This document shows positions 47,142 to 56,406 of a stretch of DNA of 64,000 nucleotides, in pieces. Positions within the stretch are counted from its first letter, which is position 1. Every line of letters begins with the position of its first letter. The stretch is taken from contig CAZDWN010000002.1 in NCBI GenBank assembly GCA_964509365.1, positions 3,701 to 67,700 on the forward strand, read 5' to 3'. Source of the stretch: an uncultured Pseudomonadales bacterium. Its GTDB lineage: Bacteria > Patescibacteriota > Microgenomatia > UBA1400 > UBA12028. The translations under genes were made by a program, and so were the position numbers. The notes beneath the pieces are model-generated. The model was given only the letters and a program-made list of their open reading frames with translations. It ran no database searches and was not told the origin of the DNA.

Positions 47142-47496
47142 TGCGGATGACGGCGATGCGATCAAACGCATGATCAGTTTTACTGACAAATTGTGAGTTG
47201 TCGAGATCAGAAGCGTCATCGAGCTGATCAGCATAGACGATGACTCGATCTGTGGGAATGCCTTGAGAAGCAATTTTCTCGACGTCTTGAGCTGCCTGTA
47301 TCCCAGTACTCGTCAAGATAATCATTTTGTCATTAGACCACGTCTTCGCCTGTTCTTGCAAAGCATCTTCAATCGAGTCAAATCGTTCGATGACTGCTCG
47401 AGTATTCTGAGCGGTGGCTTGCAGTTGGAGGATAAGGCTTAATGCACTGAGAGGCTTGTCGATGATGACCCAATGCTCGCGGTATTCTTCTGACAT
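47116..47496 (-). CDS. Hypothetical protein
   Basis: 126-aa ORF downstream of the GT2 gene. Confidence 0.4.
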   Translation of the reverse strand: MSEEYREHWVIIDKPLSALSLILQLQATAQNTRAVIERFDSIEDALQEQAKTWSNDKMIILTSTGIQAAQDVEKIASQGIPTDRVIVYADQLDDASDLDNSQFVSKTDHAFDRIAVIRNIYRQRRS

Positions 47497-47538
47497 AGCT
47501 GTTATGGTACCAGAATTTTACTTTCTGTGGTCGGATGT

Positions 47539-49143
47539 TTACGAGCTCGCAAATTGACTCAGTCGGATTTTTCCGAACGACTGACGCATTGTCGAACTTG
47601 CGTGCAAACGATCGATGGTATTCTCCATCAAAATCATTCCAAAGAATCCGTACATGAGAGTCGTGTTGAGCGCCGCGAGGATGAGCAGATGTGGTGCTTG
47701 ATGACCTGTCCAATTCGAGATGATGATTCCTGCTAGAGTAATACTCCCGAGGATAGCATGAGGGTAAAACAAGTGGAGTGGAGTGCTTTGACGTTGCGCT
47801 TTTCCTTTTGGCGTCACTTTGTACTGAAGTGACTTGCCGGTTATGACTTTGAAAAACGCGAGCATATAGATTGGCCAGACAGCGAGATTGAGTAGTCGTC
47901 CTCGCACGAGATAACTTGCCTCGTTCACGGGATCGATAAAGTATTGCTCGAGCCAAAGCGAGATGCCGAGTTGATACAGGAGGACGCTGCCATACAAGAT
48001 GACCATCGGGAGGACTTGGGCACTCATGGCTTCGATGCCAAACACAAAATACAAAGTAAGTAAGACGATTGCGATTCCTTGAGCGATCCCATCAAAATAG
48101 TATTGCTGCAAAAAGAAAAAGTGCAGCGCGTGTTTGAGACGCATTTTGGGGAGTATTTTTGGACTTTGCGTAAAGTAAATATGCATCAAGCCATATGCCC
48201 ATCGCATCTGCTGACTAAAGTACCCACCCCATGTAGATGGTCCCTCACCGATTGCTAAAATCTGAGGGACGTAGACGCTCTTCCATGCTTTGGTATACAA
48301 GTGCATACCGGTGAGATGGTCTTCGACGATATGGCCAGCGTAGCCACCGATGTGAGCGTGTGCTTGGGTACGCATGATGTGATTGGCTCCAATAAGGAGT
48401 AACATGTCATGCCCAAACAATCCACGTTGGATATGTCCGTAAAAATTAAATGCTTGTTCGGCTGCTCCTCTCGCAATCCAAGATTCGCTATGATTTCCAT
48501 AGATTTGGGGTGTCCCCACAAACGCTACTTTTGGATCTCGAAAGTATCCGAGTGTGCTCGTCAAGAAATGCTTGACGGGGATAAAATCAACATCATGTTG
48601 GGCTACGATATCGTACTGATGTGAGTGTGCATGGTACCAAGAGTTGAAATTCCCGCCCTTGGTTTTCGCTTTAAACTTTCCTTCAACTTGATTGTACTCC
48701 GCACGTTCTTTTCTGCTGAAGTGATAGACGCCATACCGAGCACAGATCTCTTTCGCTAATGGATCATTCCCCTCATCCAGTAGCCATGTATCATGGGGAT
48801 ACTCACAAGATACCATAGCACTCAATGCTTTCTCCAAGACTTCATATGGTTCTTTTCCAGGTACAAATGCGGTGATCATCGCGACGCGAAGACCAGCCTG
48901 CGCTTTGAGCGGGATGACTTCCTTCATCCCAGCTGCCAGATACCAAATGAAGATCTCGTTCACGATTTGATGCCAGATGATAAAACTCAAGAGCACGTAC
49001 ATGGATACTTCGATCAAGTGTCTCCAATCATTGTAGAGATGCGGGACGTGAGACGGGGCAAACCACCAGAGGGCAAAAATGAGCACTCCTAGATACCCAA
49101 AGAAGAGTATGAGTGCATATGCCATCCGAGAAGATCGGGACAT
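47539..49143 (-). CDS. Processive family-2 glycosyltransferase (cellulose/chitin-synthase-like)
   Basis: TM-GT2-TM architecture. 'LDEGND' DxD, 'VEDHL' ED, 'QQMRWAYG' QxxRW. Confidence 0.8.
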   Translation of the reverse strand: MSRSSRMAYALILFFGYLGVLIFALWWFAPSHVPHLYNDWRHLIEVSMYVLLSFIIWHQIVNEIFIWYLAAGMKEVIPLKAQAGLRVAMITAFVPGKEPYEVLEKALSAMVSCEYPHDTWLLDEGNDPLAKEICARYGVYHFSRKERAEYNQVEGKFKAKTKGGNFNSWYHAHSHQYDIVAQHDVDFIPVKHFLTSTLGYFRDPKVAFVGTPQIYGNHSESWIARGAAEQAFNFYGHIQRGLFGHDMLLLIGANHIMRTQAHAHIGGYAGHIVEDHLTGMHLYTKAWKSVYVPQILAIGEGPSTWGGYFSQQMRWAYGLMHIYFTQSPKILPKMRLKHALHFFFLQQYYFDGIAQGIAIVLLTLYFVFGIEAMSAQVLPMVILYGSVLLYQLGISLWLEQYFIDPVNEASYLVRGRLLNLAVWPIYMLAFFKVITGKSLQYKVTPKGKAQRQSTPLHLFYPHAILGSITLAGIIISNWTGHQAPHLLILAALNTTLMYGFFGMILMENTIDRLHASSTMRQSFGKIRLSQFASS

Positions 49144-49206
49144 GGTCGGTGCTTTTTGGATTGTCAGATAGCGGTATTATACCGACTGTAGGCCTGCAAA
49201 GCAATA

Positions 49207-50745
49207 CTATGGGACTAATAGCTTGATGTCTGTGGATGGAAGTGCAGATCCGGTCGCAAGCTTCGTGATGACAAAGGCATCCGAGACATGTGCCGTCTCT
49301 TTGATCTTGGCGATGGCCCTTGGGTCAATATGGTCAGCGAGAATGATCATGGTCGCGGATGTCGTCGCGTTCTTCATGACGAGCTGCCCGGCTTTACTTG
49401 GGAATCCAGCAGCATTGAGCGTATCTCTCATCCCGGCAGATGCCGAGGAGTTTCGCCAATTGCCATCGACCTCGATAAGCGGATGCTCGATGGTCTTTGT
49501 CGAGTCAATAGTCCGTGCCACCCATGCTTTGATCGGATCGTAACTTTGGACACCGGTAAGCGGGAACAGTTGAAATTGCCCATCAGCCGTATATCCTTGT
49601 CCAAGATAATTATCAGTGGAGAGTGTCAGACTCGTGATCTGAAAGCCGCGATACTCCTGCGCTTTGGGAAGCATCGAGATGATCTCAGCGGTCGAGAGAT
49701 CCGTATCCAGATGCGAGCGAAGCGTCGAGAAAAAAGTCGGAATCTTGGTGATGGCCCCGATCGAAAACAATCGATCTGCCACTGCCTGCAAGAGTATTTT
49801 TTGACGGCGCGAGCGAGAGAAATCATTTCCATCTTCATTGGAATGGCGTGAGCGCACATATTTGAGCGCTGTCGGACCATCCAAATGTTGTTTTCCAGCG
49901 TCAAAATGCAGAAGTTCATAGCGGCACGGATATGCTTTCGGGAGCTCAGGCAATGTGTTCACATCGAGCTTTCCATTGGCTGCCAGATCAGCTTCAGAAA
50001 TTGTCCCACTTGGGCTGGCGTTGGCAGTGTACGTCGCACAGTCGAGATCTTCCCGCCCTGCGATCGGATATTCAAAATCAGTAAACGCTTTGTCGACGGT
50101 CAGATCGACGCCACCGATACTACTCACCGCTTGCTCAAATCCAGAAAAGTCGACGGTGACATATTTATCGATCGAAAGACCAGTGATACTCCCGACCACA
50201 TCTTTGGCCAGCGTGCCGCCACCATTTGCTCCGGTATACTTGTCTGCTTTTCCTGCGTAGTTGTGAGCGTCGATACCGATGGCATACGCGCTATTTATTT
50301 TCCCCATCACTCCATCGGTCCCTTTGTAGGGGATATTGACCCAGAGATCACGAGGTAATGAAAGCAAAATAATTCGTTTTTGTGTTTCGAGTATTCGCGC
50401 GACCACGATCGTATCCGAGAGAGCTCCACCGTCATGCCCAGCACCGCCTCGGCCCATCATCAAGACAGTGAGTCCAGGCTCAGGAGTCGCTGATGGCGTC
50501 GGAGTTGCATTCCGGCTATTCGATGCAGGTTGCACAAAAAAAGGAACTGATGTGCCATGCGCCATTGCGTAGCGGCGCACATAGATCACTGCGCACACCA
50601 GAAGGAGGCTTCCGATGAGCCACCAGCGATTGCGTTGGTTGTGTGTAGCATCTGGAGGCAGTTCCATCTCTTCGTGGTCGTCAAGTGGTTGGGGAATCGC
50701 TGTCATGAGCACACTAGTATACCGAAAGTTGCTTCCGATTTCCAC
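49207..50745 (-). CDS. LytR-CpsA-Psr (LCP) family wall-polymer ligase
   Basis: N-terminal TM. LCP core 'DTIVVARI...IILLSLPRDLWVNIP'. C-terminal LytR_C-like domain. Confidence 0.8.
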   Translation of the reverse strand: MEIGSNFRYTSVLMTAIPQPLDDHEEMELPPDATHNQRNRWWLIGSLLLVCAVIYVRRYAMAHGTSVPFFVQPASNSRNATPTPSATPEPGLTVLMMGRGGAGHDGGALSDTIVVARILETQKRIILLSLPRDLWVNIPYKGTDGVMGKINSAYAIGIDAHNYAGKADKYTGANGGGTLAKDVVGSITGLSIDKYVTVDFSGFEQAVSSIGGVDLTVDKAFTDFEYPIAGREDLDCATYTANASPSGTISEADLAANGKLDVNTLPELPKAYPCRYELLHFDAGKQHLDGPTALKYVRSRHSNEDGNDFSRSRRQKILLQAVADRLFSIGAITKIPTFFSTLRSHLDTDLSTAEIISMLPKAQEYRGFQITSLTLSTDNYLGQGYTADGQFQLFPLTGVQSYDPIKAWVARTIDSTKTIEHPLIEVDGNWRNSSASAGMRDTLNAAGFPSKAGQLVMKNATTSATMIILADHIDPRAIAKIKETAHVSDAFVITKLATGSALPSTDIKLLVP

Positions 50746-50828
50746 ACTTGAGGATTGTGCTATGGATCACTGCAATTTCACGCAGTGATGGTAGTCTGCG
50801 GGTAGTATCTTATCTACGGAGTTTACGT

Positions 50829-51179
50829 ATGACAGAACGAATTCAAGAGAGAGTGTCCGAACCAAGTGCGGAAGTGCCAGTTACCCCATATACGATTATG
50901 CGAGCACATGGTGTGATCGTCGGCCTGATGGTCGATGTGCAAGGCATCGTGTTATCTCACGATTTAATTGATGCATATATGAAACAACGATACACTGATC
51001 AAGACATGAAAAATAAAAAAATGTTTTTGTGTCAGTGGCATGATGGAGATGCAGAGCTGAACTTTCAAGTTGTTGGAGCCGAAAATACGGATGCGGATAT
51101 GAAAGTGGCGGCAGAATACATCCGATCATGTACTTTGGTTCGAGCGTTAGCTGAAGCGGAAGCTCGATCTACCAAATAA
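50829..51179 (+). CDS. Hypothetical protein
   Basis: Start placed at ATG 50829 (the 50748 start would overlap the divergent LCP gene). Confidence 0.45.
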   Translation: MTERIQERVSEPSAEVPVTPYTIMRAHGVIVGLMVDVQGIVLSHDLIDAYMKQRYTDQDMKNKKMFLCQWHDGDAELNFQVVGAENTDADMKVAAEYIRSCTLVRALAEAEARSTK

Positions 51180-51211
51180 TTCTCCATTTTCAACGTCTGC
51201 GTTTGCGTGGA

Positions 51212-51451
51212 TCAATCTCTTTGCGGTGTTTTTTTCTTGATGTGTTCCCGGATTGCCCCACGCTTCTCGTAGCGTTCTTGTTGAGTTTGACTGGGTTTAA
51301 GATCTAGGTACAACGCTTGTAATGTTGCAAGACTCAACGTGCTCAGTTGTTCTCTCGTGAAGATTGGCTTTCCAGCGACGTCGACATGGCGTAAAAAAAT
51401 CGAGATAACAAATGCCTGGCGTGTCTTCGGCATGTACGGATGTTCTTTCAT
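51212..51451 (-). CDS. Small hypothetical protein (downstream gene of a two-gene overlapping cassette)
   Basis: 79 aa. 4-nt overlap with the upstream 89-aa ORF. Confidence 0.3.
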   Translation of the reverse strand: MKEHPYMPKTRQAFVISIFLRHVDVAGKPIFTREQLSTLSLATLQALYLDLKPSQTQQERYEKRGAIREHIKKKTPQRD

Positions 51452-51717
51452 ACGTTTGAAGTTTGTAATGCATTGAGTATCATGGCAACTCGTGCTCGTT
51501 CGGATGCGATGAATGCAGTTTCGTGTGCATCCTGCCCCCCACTTCTCGCTTCACGGGCAGTGAGTACAGCAAGATACGTATTCCAAATCGCAATTTCATT
51601 AAGCAGATGATAGTCAATCAGTGGACGCCGAATTCGTTCGATCATTTTCCGATTGTACACCACAGTGATGATCTTCGTTTTGCAGTTTAATTTTGAAAGG
51701 AGTAGGATTGTGGCCAA
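51448..51717 (-). CDS. Small hypothetical protein (upstream gene of a two-gene overlapping cassette)
   Basis: 89 aa. Divergent from the dinD-like pseudogene. Confidence 0.3.
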   Translation of the reverse strand: MATILLLSKLNCKTKIITVVYNRKMIERIRRPLIDYHLLNEIAIWNTYLAVLTAREARSGGQDAHETAFIASERARVAMILNALQTSNV

Positions 51718-52550
51718 ATGGATACCGCTCTAATTCAAATTCAAAAAAATCTAGACATGATTAAAAAAACTCAAGATGAACTTGAGTATTGGTCTGCTCG
51801 AGAACTGATGGTATTTTTGGGATATTCAAAATGGCAAACTTTTGAAGATGTACTTAAGAGAGCGAAAATTGCTTGTCAAAACAGCGACCAACCAATTAAA
51901 AACCATTTTATTGGCGCCAGTAAAATGGTCAAAACGGGATCGGGTGCTAAAAGAAATATCGAAGATGTTCTCCTCACTCGCTTCGCTTGTTATCTAGTTG
52001 CCCAAAATGGTGATCCTAGAAAGCCTCAGATTGCTTTGGCTCAGACCTATTTTGCCACACAAACTCGCAAACAAGAATTAATGCAGCAAAGAGATGAAGA
52101 AAACAAAAGACTGGATTCTCGCCTAAAATTAAAGGAAACCGAGCAAAAGATCGAGTCAACTGTCTATGAGAGAGGGATTCGATTGTCCATTGAATTTGAA
52201 CATTTAAAGATAAACATATTCGAGCTCTTTACGGTGGTATTTCGACCAAAGAACTCAAAGAGAAGCGAGGTATTCCGCTAACTCGCGCATTGGCCGATTT
52301 TGATACCGACGTTGAGTTACGAGCAAAAGATTCTGCTTTGGCAATGTCTGATCACAATATTAGACAAAAGAATCTCGCAGGGTCATTCAAATTAAATCAA
52401 GAAGTAGTTAAGAGCAGTAAAGCGACTAGACAGACTCTGCTTTCTCGTGGAATTCTGCCAGAAAAACTCAATGCACAAGAAGATTTGAGAAAAATTGAAG
52501 CGCGAAGAGTAAAAGAACTGCAAGTAGCGATTGATAAACGGATCAAGTAG
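51718..52550 (+). pseudogene. DinD/RhuM-family (DNA-damage-inducible protein D-like) gene interrupted by a frameshift near 52197..52212
   Basis: First ORF strongly resembles the DinD N-terminal/central part ('WSARELMVFLGYSKWQTFEDVLKRAKIAC...SGAKRNIEDVLLTRFACYLVAQNGDPRKPQIALAQTYFATQTRKQEL'). After a 1-nt frame change the 'LYGGISTKELKEKRG' continuation is read in the frame of ORF 52290..52550. A+T-rich. Confidence 0.6.
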
Positions 52551-52551
52551 T

Positions 52552-54015
52552 TTACTTTTCCAGATCGAGGATGCGATCGATGCGGATCTGACTGACAAAG
52601 TCAGGCACGTGCGAGATGAGGATCATCGCTCCTTGATAGTCATGGAGAGCTTTCGCGATGACTGGGAGGTGACGGAAATTGATGTGGTTGGTTGGTTCAT
52701 CCAGGATCAGGAGTCCTGGTTTTTGCAGCACGAGTCGTGCAAACGAGACCAATCCTTTTTGCCCTTCCGAGACATAGCCGATCCGAGTCTTCATCAGCTC
52801 TCCAGTGAGCAAGAATCCTGCTCCGACTGATCGTAGTTGCTGCTCATGCACCGGTTGCCCTGAAGTCTCCAGTGCTTCGACCAGTGACTCATAGATCGTA
52901 TGCTCGTAGTTGAGGGTTGAGAAATCTTGGCGGTAGTAGCCGACTGAGACTCCACTGGCGATTTTGGCTCCCGGAGATGCCCCCATTGCGATGGACTCGA
53001 TCAACGTACTCTTGCCGATCCCATTTGGACCAGCGATGAGCAAATGCTCTTTTTTCCCGAGGACGACGTGAGTTTCCTTCGTGATCTGTCGATGATCTTT
53101 CATGATCGTATAGGAGTCGATTGTGAGCACAGGACCGATGAGATCTTCTTGATAAGGGATCGTAAATGGGCGGATGGTTTTATCTTCTCGTCTGACATCG
53201 ACCATATTTTCTTCCAGCTCATCTGCTTTCTCGCGCATTTTTTTCGCTACGTTGCGCAATCGTCCGCCTTTGTGAGCGAAGTAGTTTGCTTTTTCTTTGT
53301 TCTCGATGGCTTCTTTGGTCAGTCGCGCGTTCTGGCGATTTTCCTTTTCGATTCGCGCTGCGATTTGCTCGATCACGTCAAAGTAATTGCCGACATATTG
53401 CTCTACTTTGTGAGAAAACGTATCGACGTAGAGCACTCCTTCGGTAAATGCATTCAAAAAGTCAGCGTCGTGAGAGATGATGAGCACCGATTTCTCATAA
53501 GTGATCAAAAAATTCATCAGATGAATAATTCCTGCCGGATCGAGATTGTTGGTCGGTTCATCGAGTAATAGCAGATCTGGATTCTGGATGAGTGCGGCAG
53601 CGAGCAAGAGTCTGGCTTGTTGACCACCCGAGAAGTCTTTGATTTTCTTATCGACAGGCGCGTGGAGATTGACGACTTCGAGGACCGCGAGGATCGCTCG
53701 ACGAAGTGGTGAGTCACGGAGGCCCGAGTATTTTTGAAAATACGCTTCGACCGAAAGTTCGAGATCATCGAGCGCCATCACTTGCCTAGCGGTCGCGACT
53801 TTCATGCTTTTATCGATGGAGATCTCGCCGGATTCTGGGCGGATCTCACGAGTCATGAGCTTGAAGATTGTGGACTTCCCAGCTCCATTTTGTCCCATGA
53901 GCGCGATTTTCATGTTTTGGCGCATGGAAAAATTCACCTCATCCAAGATGATTTTATTGAATTCAAACCGATGGGTCACGTTTGTGAAACGGACGATTGT
54001 GTCGTTTGCAGCCAT
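52552..54015 (-). CDS. ABC-F family ATPase (second paralog)
   Basis: Walker A 'GQNGAGKST' and 'GPNGIGKST', signatures 'FSGGQQARLLLAAAL'/'VSEGQKGLVSFARLVL', charged linker. Start at 'MAANDTIVRF'. The longer start at 54105 is possible. Confidence 0.8.
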   Translation of the reverse strand: MAANDTIVRFTNVTHRFEFNKIILDEVNFSMRQNMKIALMGQNGAGKSTIFKLMTREIRPESGEISIDKSMKVATARQVMALDDLELSVEAYFQKYSGLRDSPLRRAILAVLEVVNLHAPVDKKIKDFSGGQQARLLLAAALIQNPDLLLLDEPTNNLDPAGIIHLMNFLITYEKSVLIISHDADFLNAFTEGVLYVDTFSHKVEQYVGNYFDVIEQIAARIEKENRQNARLTKEAIENKEKANYFAHKGGRLRNVAKKMREKADELEENMVDVRREDKTIRPFTIPYQEDLIGPVLTIDSYTIMKDHRQITKETHVVLGKKEHLLIAGPNGIGKSTLIESIAMGASPGAKIASGVSVGYYRQDFSTLNYEHTIYESLVEALETSGQPVHEQQLRSVGAGFLLTGELMKTRIGYVSEGQKGLVSFARLVLQKPGLLILDEPTNHINFRHLPVIAKALHDYQGAMILISHVPDFVSQIRIDRILDLEK

Positions 54016-54079
54016 AACTCTTTCTTGAGGGAAAAAATAAGCACACAGGTGAGCTGTTATTTTACCACACGTAGCGATG

Positions 54080-54292
54080 TCACTTGTCTTCCATGTGATT
54101 GACAATTGCTTGGCCGAGCGAGGATCCTGATTTTTTCAGATTCTTGAGTGCCCAGTGATAGTCCGCTCTAGCATCTTGAATGATAGCCTGATCGGAACCT
54201 AATAGAATCACCTCCAGGAGACGTTGGACACTTAAGGCCAGAGCTGCTTCTGCTTCGAGCGCCTTTGTACTTGGATCCTTTTCATGTGACAT
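54080..54292 (-). CDS. Small hypothetical protein between the 659-aa gene and ABC-F
   Basis: 70-aa ORF, helical. Co-oriented in an apparent operon. Confidence 0.35.
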   Translation of the reverse strand: MSHEKDPSTKALEAEAALALSVQRLLEVILLGSDQAIIQDARADYHWALKNLKKSGSSLGQAIVNHMEDK

Positions 54293-54325
54293 AATGCACC
54301 AATTCTATCACTTTGATTGACCTTT

Positions 54326-56305
54326 TCATTTCTTCATATACAAGGCTTCAAGCTCACGATGCGATACGATTGCAAACACAGAAGCATTTCCTTCTAAGCC
54401 GTTTTCTTGCGCCAAAATTCGAAAGTTCTTGTCATATCGAATTGCCCACACTGGGTTACCCGGGTTGGGTCCGGCGATGCGCGAGTAGACTTTGACGACA
54501 CAGCCACCTCTATTTGCACGGTCGAGTGTCGCTTTGAGTCGCGACGGACTCACTTCCGCTTTACTACTCACAAAATTCAATGGAAATTCAAACTGCGGTC
54601 GATAGCGCGACTGCAGGATTTGTTCCTCAAAAGAATGAGGAGCGTTCTCAAGTGCATGTGCATTTTTGTCGCGCTGCGACCTTGCCGTTTTTGGTGACTT
54701 CATCTGCTCTGGCCCTTTTGGCTTAATTTTATGGACCGAAATTGGGTTGGTGTATTCTTTGGACTGCGTTTTTGATTCTTGACGATTCGACGTGATTTTT
54801 TTGGCGTTGAGTTTGAGGATGTTGGCGACGATCCCTGCGAAGCAATTTTCCAAGAATTCATCTTCTCGCTCGTCGTCAATGACACGAAGATAGATTTTTG
54901 GAGGGTCCATGAAGAGGTCAAGTGCGACCGTCATTTCGGTAAAACCCGCGGCTTTGAGAGGCTCGGATGGCGAATAATTCTCTACTGCGTTGCTATCATG
55001 TACGAAGAATATTTGAAAATAGATTACGTCATCTATTTTCTTTGCCTGAGTCGTCAAACGCTCCGTGGGTATTTTTAATCCGGAGACGCCGACGTCGAGC
55101 AGCTGCGTCGATTTATGTGATAATTTGAGTTTTTCGACATTGGTGCGCACTTCATCCCAATCGACGGGATCTTCCTTGTCTTCAGGATCAAAGTATTTCC
55201 GCATTGCGTCTTTCGTAATGACGATCATATCGGTCTGGTTTTCAAAAAACACTCTGATGTGAGCCGCAATGTTTGAATAGAGAGGGTTTGGACTGTCGGC
55301 TGCAATTATCGTCACTGATCGATACAGCGAGGCAATATCCAAATCAAGGTGAACTCCTCGAAGTGCGGCTCCTCTGGCGATAAATTCATACCATTCATCT
55401 TCATTGAGAGTAAGTGACGTTGTATGGACAAGGGAATTCAGAAGTTTGACTGCATCTTCATGGCGAGGATCATCGTCGTCCATCAATGAGCCATAGGTTT
55501 GCATGATGATGTTTTCAAAGAGCAAATAGAGTTGTGTGGCCAGAGATTTCTCTTTTGACTCTGCGGAATGTCGTTTCAATACACTGAGTGCTTCATTTTT
55601 TGGCGCGAGTAAAAAGGTTTTCAAGAAGTTTGTGAGTGTTGGTGAAGCATTTGTTTGCAGGAGGTGTGTGAGGAGTTCGGCAACTCGTTTGTATTGATCG
55701 ACGGACTCAGTGTCATCGCCAATTTTTTTTCGTGCTTCACTCGATAGTATGTCGTATACCCCAAATATTTCAGAGAGTTTCTTCGGTTGGCCAAGTTCAT
55801 GCGAAAGTTCACGAACAGGGATCTTCGTCCACTTTGGCATTTGATAGATGATGGCGTCATCTAGTGCATTCTCAAATTGTTGATGCAATTGAGACAGGAG
55901 TGCAATTCCGCTTTCGGCAAATGACACTGAAGATGCGAACGATTGCATTTCCCATTCAAAGGTCTGATAGTCTTGCTCAATGGCTGGCTTATCATCAAGA
56001 TTGAGAGTGTGGCGCCTGGCTGTAACTTTTTGAAACGATAAATAGGATTTGCAAAATGCTGTAGCGAGATTGTTGACGTTGAGGATGTTTCGTTTTCGCA
56101 CTGCTTCCATGAATAGCGCATTCACATTTGTCGCCGATTGGATCTCAGCATCTGCTTTTGCTTTCTGATTTGATGCAAATTGTATGGCAGCTTCTTCTTT
56201 CGTTGTCTGGTCAGTGAGTGTGAGCACTCGGTTCTCAGATTTGCCACCGAGATTTTGCTCGGGAAAAGATTTAGAAGGATCGAAGTGTAACCGTTCGTTT
56301 GCCAT
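54326..56305 (-). CDS. Large hypothetical protein with RelE/YoeB-like C-terminal ~60 aa
   Basis: 659-aa ORF. C-terminal 'VWAIRYDKNFRILAQ...ASVFAIVSHRELEALY' resembles the YoeB 'FWSRRITEEHRLVYAV...LLIAACRYHY' core. The rest is unassigned. Confidence 0.6.
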   Translation of the reverse strand: MANERLHFDPSKSFPEQNLGGKSENRVLTLTDQTTKEEAAIQFASNQKAKADAEIQSATNVNALFMEAVRKRNILNVNNLATAFCKSYLSFQKVTARRHTLNLDDKPAIEQDYQTFEWEMQSFASSVSFAESGIALLSQLHQQFENALDDAIIYQMPKWTKIPVRELSHELGQPKKLSEIFGVYDILSSEARKKIGDDTESVDQYKRVAELLTHLLQTNASPTLTNFLKTFLLAPKNEALSVLKRHSAESKEKSLATQLYLLFENIIMQTYGSLMDDDDPRHEDAVKLLNSLVHTTSLTLNEDEWYEFIARGAALRGVHLDLDIASLYRSVTIIAADSPNPLYSNIAAHIRVFFENQTDMIVITKDAMRKYFDPEDKEDPVDWDEVRTNVEKLKLSHKSTQLLDVGVSGLKIPTERLTTQAKKIDDVIYFQIFFVHDSNAVENYSPSEPLKAAGFTEMTVALDLFMDPPKIYLRVIDDEREDEFLENCFAGIVANILKLNAKKITSNRQESKTQSKEYTNPISVHKIKPKGPEQMKSPKTARSQRDKNAHALENAPHSFEEQILQSRYRPQFEFPLNFVSSKAEVSPSRLKATLDRANRGGCVVKVYSRIAGPNPGNPVWAIRYDKNFRILAQENGLEGNASVFAIVSHRELEALYMKK

Positions 56306-56406
56306 AGAAAGCCAATAACTAAATGACAGCAGATTATATCACGCCTCGAGTGAATGGAGTGTATTCTTCGATGGCCATGCCCTCTAGTTTCAGCTAGAAT
56401 AGCCAA

